DNA of 63,953 bases, filler included, from Reclinomonas americana ATCC 50394 (GCA_048213135.1; 32 parts of 32 records of this genome joined end to end with filler, not necessarily neighbours in it); one strand, 5' to 3'; positions 11,659 through 24,249 are shown, counted from the whole stretch's first letter. Numbers and translations: made by a program. The notes: a model not told the origin generated them from the letters alone.

Positions 11659-12952
11659 CCTGCGAGACGTCATTGTGCATGCCTCCGAAGACAATGTCAT
11701 CTGTTGCGGCGTGTTGCTGTCCGCTTGTGTCAAGCAACCCCACCACTGACGCACTCGGCAGACATGGAGATTTTTGTGCGCCCCTACGCCCATGTTCGAC
11801 AGGGCATGACAGTGGACGACGTGGTCGAAACCCTCCTCGACGAACGCAAGACGCTGGAGGAGGAGTTGCCGCATGTAACCACCCGCATTGTGGTGCGTAT
11901 TTGTTGTTGATCACCCCTTCCTCTCCCTCCCTCCATTCCCACTGCCTTGGCGATGCGCAGTTGTACGTCAACACCACCGACGAGGACGCGCTGCAAGTCC
12001 ATCGCGTGGCGCAGCTGGCAGTCGGGCACCAGAAGGATGGCGTTGCTGGTTTCGGCCTGATGAAGGCCGAGCTGCCGTTGCATGGCACTCGGTTCCTCGA
12101 CTCCACCTTCCGCTTCCTCAAGGTGTGACGCACGCAGTGAGCTGCCGGCAAATAATTCTCGACTCACGATTTCCTCACAGGACCACAATGCCAACATTGT
12201 CATGTTTGCGGGCAAGGACGACCCGCACACCATTAGCGAAGCACTGGGCTGCGGCGCCACGCGCATCTCGGGTGCATATCTTGCGCATCAGGTGCCGGCT
12301 GTCATGAACTTCCTCGGTGTGTGCTGGCTGCTGTCCCTCGCTCCTCTCCTCTCTTCACCCCTTTTCTCACGTTACGTTGGAAAAAACGTGCAGCGGACAC
12401 GGGCAAGATTGTGGAGCTGGGCCGTTCGGTGGCGGCGCGCAAGTTCACGCGCGAAGTGATTGAGTTCGACAAGTGCCCCATCCGCATGTATATTGGTGCG
12501 GCGGCTGCACTCTTTTTTTCTCTGTGCCCATGGCCTGCCTGCTCGTCTCACTTGCTTGCATGTCGCCAGACAACGACATTCGAGTGGCCATTTGCACCTT
12601 CCATCGCAGTCTCGGCTGGTCGCTGAACAAGACGCTGTTCCTGTTGACGCAGGACTCCAACATGACGATTCAGGATCTGCTGAAGATTGTCGGCAACGGG
12701 TGAGTGATGCCCACTTCGACGCACTGCTTGTCCCACGTGTGATTCTGATGCACGAGCAGATTCCGCGGAGCATTCATCGGCTACGACGATCGCTTGGCGT
12801 TGTGGCGTCGCTTCTGGGACGAGAGCACCACCAAACTCAGCGCACTGGGCTTCCGCAATTTCCAAAAGAAGTGGTACGTCGTTCCGCCGGGAAGCAAGGG
12901 TGTCGCTACCGCCACCCTCCCGCCTACTACCGGTGGAAGCTCCTCGTCGTGA
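11659..12952 (+). CDS. Adenosine deaminase-fold protein/domain (catalytically degenerate), 5' partial, 6 introns
   Basis: Spliced product has DNVIYMEIFVRPYAH..GMTVDDVVE, GVAGFGL, GATRISG, PIRMYIDNDIRVAIC, GNGFRGAF, in ADA TIM-barrel order. Confidence 0.72.
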
Positions 12953-13035
12953 GCGCGCGCTCCGAATTGCCAACCACCGCCACCACCACCAATAAATGAA
13001 TCTGCCGCGTCAGCCGTCGAGAGGTGCTTCTTCAC

Positions 13036-13830
13036 TCACTCGCTAGCCAGTGACAGCACTTGCAACTGCGGTGCGTCGGGGTCCATGGAAATGCCACCAT
13101 AAATGAAATACTCGTATCGCGAGCCCTGCGCCTGGCCTTCGCCTGCTCCTGCCGCCTGTGCCGGCGCCGCCGCCACTGCCGCCTCGGCATCAATCGTCGC
13201 CGGAACCACCGTGCAAGTGTGCGCAAATCGAGAGGGAAGCTCAGGTGAGCACTGCACTTCCGCAATCGCGGCAGTGGCTGTACACGCCGAAACATCAGTC
13301 GACAGCAACGTAGCGCAAAAAGGACTCTCTCACACAAACCGACATCGAGTTCTCGGAGAGCACTCGAAATGGCAGCGCCATCAAAACCTCCATAGACGAG
13401 CAGACGACCGGAGAAGGAGCCGTCGGAGCGCAGCAGCGGCGAGCATGTATGTGCGCACAGCTCCACACCTGCGTCGCCCACTAGCCTCCATCGCTCGGAG
13501 CCTGTAACACGACCGGAAAGTCAACATGGCGAACCACTTCTCCCTCCTTATGGTTGCTCTCACTTGCTCCCACACTCTTCGTTCCTCCTGCCTCTCCTCC
13601 TTCTAACCCATCTTCTCCCCGCCTCCTTCTCCACCCAGCTCGCACCGAAATCAAACGCCCACACATCCGAGCAACACTTGCCACTCGCCGCTCGCCCGCC
13701 ATACACAATCATCTGCGCCCGTCCATCACCATCCTGCACCACACACGCTGTGTGCATCTCTCGTCCACACGGAGTCGCACCCTCATGGACAAGTCGCCGC
13801 CACTCGCACGTCTCTGTTCGATCATGAACA
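13036..13830 (-). CDS. Kelch-repeat protein, C-terminal exons
   Basis: Repeated R..H..C...(I/L)(V/F)YGG...DVW blades (MIVYGG, LLVYGG, YFIYGG). Confidence 0.8.
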
Positions 13831-13834
13831 ACCG

Positions 13835-13952
<118 letters not shown>

Positions 13953-14064
13953 CACGACGTACGANNNNNNNNNNNNNNNNNNNNNNNNNNNNNNNNNNNN
14001 NNNNNNNNTTAATTAATTAANNNNNNNNNNNNNNNNNNNNNNNNNNNNNNNNNNNNNNNNNNNN

Positions 14065-15136
14065 GCAGTTCATCGCCGCGCAGGCCGGGCCGCTGCTGGT
14101 GGCGCGGCGGATCAAGCGCGCCGCCATCTCCGGAATCGTGCTCGACGGGCTCGACATCAAACTCGGCCAGCGCGGCGGCCTGCTCAATGCCGACGAGGTA
14201 CTCGACTTCGCGCTGTCCGACTGCGAATTCGCCAATGCCGGCTCGGTCGGGCTGACGCTCAACCGCACAGCCGGCCGCATCGAGCGCAACCGCTTCCGCT
14301 CGATGCGGGAATCGGCGCTGTTCTCGCTCGATTCACGCGGACTCTCGATCGAGGCCAACACGGTCGAGGATTGCGGCAACAACGGCATCCAGCTCTGGCG
14401 CAGCCAAGCCGGAGACGAGCAGAGCCTGATCCGCGGCAACCGCATCAACCGCATCCGCAACGATGCCGGCGGTGACGGGCCGAACGGCAACGGCATCAGC
14501 CTTTTCCGCGCCGGCGGCGTCGTGATCGAGGGCAACACATTGCGTGACTGCGCGCTGACCTTCATCCGCAACAACTCCGGCTCGGCCGTGCAGATCCTCG
14601 GCAATCAGGGCAGGCGCTGCGGCGAGACCGCGCTCTACTCGGAATTCGCCTTCGAGGGCGCGATCATCGCCAACAATCTGGTCGAGGACTGCGCCCAGGG
14701 CGCCAACATCACCAATCTCGACCATGGCGGGCGGCTCTCGGTCTTCGCCAACAACATCGTCCGCAATGCGCAAAAGGGCTTGGCTCCGAAAGGCAAGGAG
14801 CTCGTCGGCGGCATCGGCGTGCATGTCGAGGCGGAAGCTGCGGTGACGGGCAACGTCATCGAGAACGCCAGCGAGATCGGCATCTCGCTCGGCTGGTCCT
14901 GGGCGATGCGCAATCTCGTCGCCACCGGCAATGTCGTCCGGCGCAGCGGGATCGGCATCTCGGTCTCGCTCGTCCCGAAGGAGCGCAACGCGCTGATCGC
15001 CAATAATGTGATCAGCGAGGCGAAGCTCGGCGCGGTCGTCGGCACGGAATACGGCAAGGTGGTGACCGGCGACTTGACCAAGGGCGACGACAAGCGTGCC
15101 GCCGGCATCCGGGTCGAAGCCAACTCGGTCGGCTGA
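14065..15136 (+). CDS. Right-handed beta-helix repeat protein (TIGR03808-like, Tat-exported repetitive protein of Rhizobiales), 5' partial
   Basis: GGDGPNGNGI, CGETALYSEFAFEGA, NITNLDHGGRL, VEAEAAVTGNVIEN. Confidence 0.85.
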
Positions 15137-15139
15137 CGG

Positions 15140-15757
15140 TCAATCGACCGGGCCACACCAGCCCGGCAGATGCTCGGCCTCGCGGGATCGGGCGAGGTCG
15201 AGCGCCTTGCGCAGCGCCTTGGGAAAGAAGCGCCCGACGAGGTCGGCTTTGACGCGCCGGCGCAGGAAATCCGCCCAGAGGAACTCGCTGAAGGGCGCCT
15301 CGATCTTGGCGTAGCCGCCGGCGAGCCGCAGCGCGCCTGCAAGGGAGCGATAGGGATCGTCGACGAGACCGGAGACCTTGCGTGGAATCTCCTCCCGGCT
15401 GCGGCGGCGCCCTTCGGCATCGAAGGGATGCATCCAGCTGCGATTGTCGAGGACGCTCCAGAACTCGTCCCTGTCGAGCCGCGAGAGGTCGGCGACCTCG
15501 GTGGTCAGGACCTGCTGTTCGCCCTCCAGATGCAGGGCGAGGGCGAGGTGATGGTGGTCGATCAGATAGAGGCGCTGCTTCGGGCCGACGACGACCGGGA
15601 CGGCGTGATGGCCAAGAAAGTCGGCGCCCTTCTGCTCGCGTTCGGCCCGCCAATGGATCCGCTTCATCTCGACTTCGCGCATGCCGACGCTGATCTGCGT
15701 CGGCCTGAGCTCCGTGATGGCGACCGGATGCAGGCGCGGTTCGACCGAATAGCTCAT
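15140..15757 (-). CDS. ParB-like putative nuclease (ParBc_2 type)
   Basis: LRPTQISVGMREV, PVVVGP..LYLIDHHHL, DDPYRSLAG, PFSEFLWADFLR; ATGA overlap with the upstream stop. Confidence 0.88.
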   Translation of the reverse strand: MSYSVEPRLHPVAITELRPTQISVGMREVEMKRIHWRAEREQKGADFLGHHAVPVVVGPKQRLYLIDHHHLALALHLEGEQQVLTTEVADLSRLDRDEFWSVLDNRSWMHPFDAEGRRRSREEIPRKVSGLVDDPYRSLAGALRLAGGYAKIEAPFSEFLWADFLRRRVKADLVGRFFPKALRKALDLARSREAEHLPGWCGPVD

Positions 15758-16367
15758 GATGCCTCCTTCGCGGTGGGTGCGAGCGCTCTCACCGCCTCCT
15801 CGACGCTGTGGAAGACATGCTCGGCGCCGATGTCTGCGATGACGCCGAAATCTTGCAGTGCCCGCAGCGCGCGCACGGATTCGGCCCGGGCGATGGCGAA
15901 GGTGCCGCCCTGCCTCCGGCAGACTTCCGCCACGGTCAGCAGGCCTTGCGCCGCCGTGTAGTCGATGGCGGGAATGCCGCCGGCATCGAGGACGAGCAAG
16001 ATCGGCCTGCGCTCCGCAAGCAGAGCCAGCACGCCGCGCCGGAATATCTCGGCATTGGCGAAGAGCAGCGGGGCCGGAAAGGCGATCACCAGCACGCCTT
16101 CGACCTGCTCGCCATGGCGGCCGGGTTCGGGCGGCCACCAGATCGTCGTGCCGGGGATGCGCAACTGCTCGATCGGCTCGCTGCGTGTCGTCATCCAGAC
16201 GCCGTGCAACAGCGACAGGCCAATCCCGACGGCGACGCCGGTCTCGACCGGCAGCCAGACGATCGCGACCGCAGTGAGCAGCACGAGCGCGAATTCGGAG
16301 CGCGACTGGCCGGCAATCTTGCGGATGATTTCGACGCGGACGATGCGCTGCGCCACGAAGAGCAGCA
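15754..16367 (-). CDS. SulP family anion transporter, C-terminal part with STAS domain
   Basis: GVAVGIGLSLL, RIPGTTIW, APLLFANA, LVLDAGGI..IDYTAA. Confidence 0.9.
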
Positions 16368-16604
16368 NNNNNNNNNNNNNNNNNNNNNNNNNNNNNNNNN
16401 NNNNNNNNNNNTTAATTAATTAANNNNNNNNNNNNNNNNNNNNNNNNNNNNNNNNNNNNNNNNNNNNTTCCTGTCTATCCCTCCTTTCGATCTTGCCTTT
16501 TTGCCACCGGGTGCCAGTGTACGTGGCTATTTTTTCTGTGCAGAAAATGTCGAAATTGCTCATGGGCGCACTTTTAATTGTCTATGTGGGGGGAATGCTG
16601 GCCA

Positions 16605-17614
16605 TTACTCCTCCTCCTCCGCGTCCTTGCCGTACGAGTTGAACTGCGACCAGTAGGCGTGCATGTCGAGTGCCACCACACAGCTCTCGGCGACAGGAGC
16701 CGCCGCGTCCTTCTCGTACTCGTGCAGCACATCGAGGGTGTCCGGATCGGCAATCGAGCCCAGCGCTGTGGGATGGCGATTGAGATCTTATTCTTCTTCT
16801 CCGACTCAACTGCCGTGTCCGCAGCACTCTCCCCCTTCTCCCCGCTTCCCTTCCCACCCTTCCCTTTTCACCCACCTTCCGCCGCCTCATGCCGCACCAT
16901 GTAGTGCTCATCCTTCTTGGCGAGCGCCTTGCGCAGCGCATCACACGACACCGGATGCTGCAACTGCCCCAGCACAAACGCACACTCGTGCCGGAACAGC
17001 GCCGACTCATCATTCAGCATCCCATCGCACAGCGCCAACACCGCCTCCTCCGCCCGCGCTCCCCCCTGCGAACCGCGATTGCGCAGCGAAAACATGGCGC
17101 GGTACCGCTCAAACAGCGGCAACGTGGCATCCAACAGCGTCGCCCGCAGCTCCTCCGTGCTCAGCTTGCGATCCTTTTGCTTGGGCGGCGCCGGGTCCAC
17201 CGACACCCACACAGATCGCTCCGCTTCGGCACCTTCAACTGCAGCAGAAGCTGCGACTGCCTTTTGCTGCTGTGCCCACTCGATGCGCTGCACGGCCAGC
17301 TCGCATGTCTCGCGCACCTCGCGCACATTCTCGACCTCCGCATCCGCGTATCTTCGCAGCAGTGGGAGCGAGTCGACGCAGCCAATTGCTCCCAGAGCCT
17401 CCGCGGCCTTTTTTTTGTTGTTGTTGTTGTTACGTGAGGTGAATAACAGAGAGACAGAGTACATAGTGAGAGCAGTGTACCTCGTGTCGGACCATGACAT
17501 CCTCGTCCACGGTCTCCACCAGTCGATTGAGAATGGGAATGGCGACCTCGTGCCCGATCTGACCCATGTTGTAGGCGATCTCGTGGCGCAGCAACGCAGA
17601 AGGGTCCGCGAGGC
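16605..17614 (-). CDS. DOHH: Deoxyhypusine hydroxylase, 5' partial, spliced
   Basis: SALLRHEIAY, MVRHE|AAEALGAIG, LFERYRAMFSLRN, SALFRHECAFVLGQ, MVRHEAAE|ALGSIA. Confidence 0.95.
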
Positions 17615-17831
17615 CTTTATGTGAAGAGGAGAGAGAAACTCCGTTTTCAATCTCCGGATGCAGCAAGGACTCACTCTGCAGTATCTCTCTCCCCTCTCTC
17701 ACTCACTCACTCACTCACTTGCACACTCTTTNNNNNNNNNNNNNNNNNNNNNNNNNNNNNNNNNNNNNNNNNNNNTTAATTAATTAANNNNNNNNNNNNN
17801 NNNNNNNNNNNNNNNNNNNNNNNNNNNNNNN

Positions 17832-19357
17832 GGTGTTTGCGGTGTGGACGCGCGCAGTGCTGGTGACGACGCCGTTGCTGTCGGCGGCGAAGCCAGTGGG
17901 GTTGTGTGCCACGCCAGCACCAGATGGGTGCCCTCGATCACGGCACCCTTGCGCGCCACCAACTCCGCCGAGCGGCGAGTGTCGAACTCCACCAGCGCCT
18001 TCTGCTCGCCTCCCTCCGGCTCCTCCATCAGCTGCACTTGCGTCACGGGCGCAATCGTAGAGAAATACGTTCGCAGTGCCTCGGGTGTGCGTGCGGCGGC
18101 CGAGAGTTTGCCGAGTCGTGCCACCTTGAGGACGCGCGGACGCGGATCGAAATGTGGTCCACCAAAGTAGCCGCCGCGTCCGCGTGGTGCCGTCGGGCCA
18201 CCGCGACCACGCGCCGGCCATCCACGTCCACGACCGCGGCCTCCACCCACTCCCGCTCCCGCTGCGGCGGCGGCCGCCGCAGCTGCAGCAGCCGCTGCCG
18301 GCGTGCTGATTCCGAGCGTTCGCGCCTCTGCTTGCAGTGCCGTCAATCTCAACAACATGGTCTCCCGCAAGTCGTCATCATTCGCGCCCGACAGATCGGC
18401 CTCGCCCGTGGCCGAAGGGTCGCTCCCCGCGGCAGCACCAGCGCCTCGTGACGCCTACGTGAGAAAGAGAACCAAGTCAGCACGACAGATGCACGCACTC
18501 GTCGTCGCCGTATACCCCCACGACGCAACTCCCTGTCGCAAAATGCCTTCGATGTTGCGAATGAGGCCCTGCACCTGCTTGAGGAATTGGCCCCGTAGTT
18601 TGGCGTCGATCTCCTTCTTCTGGCCCAGCATACTCAGAATCTCCTTGGCGTTGGTGATTTGCGACTGCACCATCTCCTCGCGCTTCTTCTGCAACTCGGC
18701 CAGTTCCTGCCGAAGCCCACCAGGCCCATCTTTGCGCACCAGTTGCAGAGTGCCACGTCCCAGAGAGGCGATTGGTGTCGGCGAGGGCGGCCGCTTGCCA
18801 CCCTGCGGAGTCGGCGTCGTCGTCGTTGTCGTTGCCGAGGATGGTGACGAAGGCTGGTCACCATCACCACCACCGCCAGCCGACGGCGAGTGCGGTGATG
18901 TTGCTGTGGTCTCGCCAGCTGCCGCCGACGCACCGGGTCCTTTCGCCTCATCAATGCCAAATTTGCCGCCTGTGATGCACAACCATCATTAGGGACACGA
19001 GAACATGCGACGGAGGGGAGATAGGAAGAGCCGCGAAGAAACCTTCAGCCTCTTCTGTCGCCCAAAACGTCTTGACGAATCGATTCGAGAAAATCGGTTC
19101 CGGTGAGCGGTACGCCGTCTCTGCCTCTGCGTGCGAGGCAAACTGTACGAGCGCTCGCTTCGCGTCGGCGTCGATCTGCGCACACGTACACACAAAAGTA
19201 TTGAGCCACACATCTCCTACGCCCTCCCCCCTCCCCTCTCTCTCTCTTGCACATCCGTACCTTGATGTTCACCACCTGACCGAACTGCTTGAAATGCCCA
19301 TTCAGCGCCTCAATGTTCAGCTGGTGACGAGGAACTCCAGTGACCACCAGCGACGAA
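17832..19357 (-). CDS. RBM26/RBM27-like RRM protein, internal fragment
   Basis: LNIEALNGHFKQFGQVVNI, ALVQFASHAEA...IFSNRFVKTFW, coiled coil, RGG box, FDPRPRVL and second RRM. Confidence 0.82.
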
Positions 19358-19457
19358 NNNNNNNNNNNNNNNNNNNNNNNNNNNNNNNNNNNNNNNNNNN
19401 NTTAATTAATTAANNNNNNNNNNNNNNNNNNNNNNNNNNNNNNNNNNNNNNNNNNNN

Positions 19458-21530
19458 GAACTTGACATTGGAGCCGTGAAGAATATGCCGTATGAGCCAT
19501 TTTCAGCAGCGATGAGAATTCCTGTCGCGTTGATGACGACATACGCTCGTGTGTTGGGCAGAACTCGAAAGCAGTACTGATACTGGGACCCAGAGTAAGG
19601 CATCGGAGTAGGTGCAACACCTGCCGTGTTCAGCTGAAGCTCCATTTGCAGCATTGAATAGCCGTTGGGCGTCAGACCTGGAACTGGTGGTGAAGACGAG
19701 ACTTGAAGACCAGGAACAGGCAAGCCAGTTGTGGTGTCACTGTATGCGCATAATTCAATGAGGACGAGTAAACAGAGGGAGAGATAGGAGAGAGAGAGAG
19801 AGAGACGATGATGATGATGACGATGATGAATGATGAATATGTACAAGGAGAGGAGAGGGAGTGGAGAGGTTGCACACGTGTACGAATGAGAGTGAGGATA
19901 TCTTGTCTGGGGACGTGAGGGAGTGAGTTAGGGTGATCAAGAGAGAGGACGGAGGGGAGGGCATAAGAAAGGTGAGAGAAGAGAGATCAGGGTCTCACCA
20001 TATTGTAAATCCTTGTGAATCTTTGTGCACGTCAATGAGACCTTGCCCGTACACAGTCATCTGCTGCGTCTGTGTCGAGACTGGAATTTGAAGTGCGACA
20101 TAAAACGTTGATGGGTTATAACAACCAGGTCCACAAGTGGGCAGCACCAACATCGGGATTGATATTGATCCCACATAGTTGAAGGACGTGGAAGTTGGCC
20201 ACTGCACACAGACGCTGAAGAATCCAGCATAGACTCCAGCCGGAATATATCCAAAGTTGAGGAGCAGGGAGCCGCTTGGCCCAGCCGTAATGCTCGAAAG
20301 GTTGCTCCACACGGCTCCTCCAGAGCACGATGTTGTTTGTTGCAAAGAGTACCCCACCACTGTAAACGTACTCAGTGGAATCTGTGAAGCCGCTGGAAAG
20401 TTCCCACCCACCAAAGTGATGGTTCCTTGGCTCGTCGAGATTGATGCCGGCCACATTCCCGTCACCGTTGGCACACCGACATTGCCAAAATTGATGCCAC
20501 CACCAGTGTTTCCCGAAAACACAGAGTCCACCACGCTCGTGGATGTGAAGGCTACCGAGCCAGAGGCCGTCGCCAGCACTGCAATAGCACCACTGCCTCC
20601 GACCGCAGAACCAATCGCCGAGTTGCCCGTAAACGTGGACCGCAAAATCGACAGCGAGGCCGGCAGAGTGGCGGTCGTCTGCGTGGTGAAGCCGACAAAG
20701 AATCCAGCTGCACCGGGGAACAAATTCGCCGTGCCAGTGAGAATGTTGGAGGTGACTGTGGTGTCCGTCACACTGACAGCAAACGCCCCCGGTGCTGCCG
20801 GCGTATTCTGCACCAGCATCAGGATGCCAGCAGCGGCACAAGTCACTGCTGCACAGGAACTGGAGTTGTTCGTAAATGTGCTCTGCTGCACACACAAGCC
20901 ATCCGCCTGTGCGGCCGTCACCGAAAACACCGGGCCTCCCTGGTTGCCAGAAGCCGTGACGCTGGCAAACGTAATCGTCTGTGGAGGCAAACTCGCACCC
21001 GTGGCAGACAGCGTGAGAGCAATGACAGGTCCGTTCGTCTGGTTGGAGGACACGGTTGTGCTCTGGAACAACACCGTGACGGCGACGGTACTCGCTGAAG
21101 ACACCGTGAGCAGTGGGTTGCTGTTGCCTTGTCCGCGTTGTGCAAATCCACTGACCGTCACTGACGCAAACTCGACCGGCACGATGGCGGGTGCGCCGGA
21201 AGCGCCAACAATGGACACAGAGCCGACACCAACAGCGGCGGCCACTGGAGGAAATGTGTTGGTGGCGGGATCTGCGCTCAAACTGAATACGACCTGCTGC
21301 ACGGTGACGCCCTTCGACGCTTGCACGACGAGCGGAAGCCAGTTGTCTCCGGCGGCGCCAGTGGTGCCGGCCGCCGTGGTGACCACACTGAACGAAATCC
21401 CGCGCACCGTCACCGCCCCGGCACCACTCACGGAGATACACGGGGCTTGTGTGGTGCTTTGCAGTGTCATGCTGAGCACAACCGCGCTGGTGGAGGTGCC
21501 AGATGCGATCGACACGTTGTTCTCGCTGGC
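19458..21530 (-). CDS. Large S/T/G/A-rich extracellular protein with parallel beta-helix-like repeats, partial
   Basis: 1.5-kb open exon with FTNNS, FTGNSA..GGSGAI, FSGNTGGGI motifs; further exon at 19458-19740. Confidence 0.65.
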
Positions 21531-21854
21531 TGAATACGTAGAGGGAGGGAGGGAGGGAGGAGAACGGGAGAGAGGGAGGAGAGGGAGGGAGAGAGAGTGA
21601 GAGAGAGAGAGAGAGAGCGAGAGATATTGACAAACGCACTATTCGGAAGCTCATCGATCAGCCACTCTGTGTGTGTATGTGCGTGCATTCACGACGAAAC
21701 TCATGACCAGGCTCCACCCCTCCGCGACGGTGAACGCTGATGACTGCAGGCTGANNNNNNNNNNNNNNNNNNNNNNNNNNNNNNNNNNNNNNNNNNNNTT
21801 AATTAATTAANNNNNNNNNNNNNNNNNNNNNNNNNNNNNNNNNNNNNNNNNNNN

Positions 21855-22047
21855 ACTGAAACAGAGGTGGTTGGTGACATGTTGCACACACACACACGCA
21901 ACGACGACGCATTGCGGCGGCGGCTGCGGCGGCGTGCGACATGGGTCGTGTTGCAGCACACAGTGCCCACATGGATGACAGAGGACGAGTTGACGTCGTC
22001 GATGAGGGGGAGAGCGAGGCAGCGAGACGGCCCAGGCGCAGCAGCAT
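21855..22047 (-). CDS. First exon of a gene with a mitochondrial-targeting-like N-terminus, divergent from RPL30
   Basis: MLLRLGRLAASLSPSSTTSTRPLSS (R/S/L-rich, no acidic residues), then a GTTGCG donor. Confidence 0.4.
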
Positions 22048-22158
22048 CTTTCGTGCGTGAATCAGATAGAAGCCGAAAAACCGGGCATGGACAGTGCGAG
22101 TGTGATTGGCCAGCACACTGTCCCTTCACTTCATTATTTTTCACTCCCCCACACTGGA

Positions 22159-23202
22159 ATGCCGCCTGCTCAGCAGAAGAAGTCGGTGCGTTGATGGTGG
22201 CGTAGTAGAGTGTGGTGCTGTGCGATGCTGTATGGGAGTCGTCAGCGTGTGAGGAAGAGGGGGAGAAGAAGGGGGCGTGCATGTCGATGGCGCATGTGCA
22301 CTTGCATGCCCCGCCACTCGGCCGTTCTTCAGCGATGCGTCAGTGTGTGTGTGTGTGTCTGCGTGTGCGTGATACGCGCTTGTGTGTTTCGTTGTGTGTT
22401 CTGTGACTGCTTGTGCTCGGAGAAGGACGAGACCGCAAGTGGTTCTTCGCTGTTCTCTCTTGTGCCGTTCTCTCTCTCTCTCTCTCCCTGTGTGTGTATG
22501 CGCTCCCCACGCACAGGCGCGCACAGCGTGATGTCGTAAAAGCCACAGTGGAGAGAGAACCATGAAAAGAGAGAGGGACTCCACCATGGCCGACATGGTC
22601 ACGCTCCTTTTCTCTCTCTCTCTCTCCTTGTCAGCACCACTTCCCTTCCATAGTCACACACGCATGTGTGTGTATGCGCACATTCTCCATCACCGTGGAC
22701 GTCTCTACTCACACCGGTTTATCATTTCTTTTTCGGCGAGCGCAGAAGAAGGCTCTTGAGGGCGTGAACGCCCGCCTCAACCTGGTCATGAAGTCCGGCA
22801 AGTACGTGCTCGGCGTCAAGGAGACCATCCGCAACATGCGCAACGGCAAGGCCAAGATGGTGATTGTGTCGGAGAACACACCACCTCTGCGCCGCTCCCA
22901 GATCGAGTACCTGGCGTACCTGGCACACGTCACTGTGTTGCACTATGCTGGCAGTTGCGCACACACTCTCCATCTTCTGTGTGCGCACCACTCTCTCCTT
23001 TGCTGTGCGCTCATCCACCCCGCAAACGCACAGACAACATTGACTTGGGAACTGCATGCGGCAAGTACTTCCGCGTGGGCGTGCTCGCCATCACCGATGC
23101 TGGTGCGTCGTCCCTTCCATTGTGCATGTGAGAAGCAAGCAGCGCATCGTTGGCTCACTTTGTGCTTTCACCACAGGTGACTCTGACATCCTCACGATGT
23201 AA
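22159..23202 (+). CDS. RPL30: 60S ribosomal protein L30 (eL30), 4 exons
   Basis: [32 protein letters not shown]...RRSQIEYLA...[32 protein letters not shown]. Confidence 0.96.
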
Positions 23203-24249
23203 ATCTTCCTCCGCCCATTGTCGTCTTGCCGGCTGCATGTTTTCGGAGGGTCTCGGCTTGTCGGCTTCTGCTTCCTGTCCTCTTTCCTCCTCCTCCTCCT
23301 CCTCCTCTTCAGTATCGGTCCAATCGTGCGATTGGCTGTCTCTCTTCCCGGGAGAACAGCTGGAAGGATGGGGATGGTGGTGGTGAGAGAATAGGGAGAA
23401 AAATGGTGGCTGAGAAGAAGTGGCTTTCTGCGAATGTGTGGCTGGCGGGCGGTTGTGAGTGTGTGCAAGTGTGTAGAGTCGACGAGTGGATGTGGTAGTG
23501 GTGGCGGTGGTGCGAGGAGTGAATGGGTTATCTGTGGTGCCAAGTCCATGTTGACACGCAGACAGAGAGAGTTGTAGTAGTAGACCCACGAGTCGATCCG
23601 AGTGGTGATCGTCGATGAAGTTGATCGGTGTTTCGCCCCTGCGCCCCTCATAAGCCAAGGTGCGTGCATTTGTATGACTCACACCACGCCGCAATTCTCC
23701 GATCTGAGGTGATGCACAACTGTGTGTGTGTTTGTCTCCGCCGCAGATCAAAGAGTAAGGAAACAGACTCTCGTGGATTGACCTCCCGAGTTTCCCTTGC
23801 GGGAAATAGTACCCAATTTTTGCGGGGGAGCAAAAGGCGGGCCTCGCTGGAAGCCCTTTGCCTTACACTCAGGCAGGGTGCCGCCTGGCTAGCCTCTCCC
23901 CCTCGACCCAAGTGGATGATGAAAGCGAAGAAAAAATGTGAGGGGAGTGAGTGAGGGGTGAGGTGGGGAAGAGCGCGTGTCGGCGGCCGCATCTCGCTTG
24001 CCTGTGCATCACCACGCGATGACGTGATTGCATTGGGCGATGGTGTGTAACGGTCATTGCAAAGCGCGCGCTCGACTTTGGTGTGCACTCTCTTTCTCCC
24101 GCGAGAACGACACGCGCACATGCGCGCATGCACGCTCACCAAGGAGCGTNNNNNNNNNNNNNNNNNNNNNNNNNNNNNNNNNNNNNNNNNNNNTTAATTA
24201 ATTAANNNNNNNNNNNNNNNNNNNNNNNNNNNNNNNNNNNNNNNNNNNN

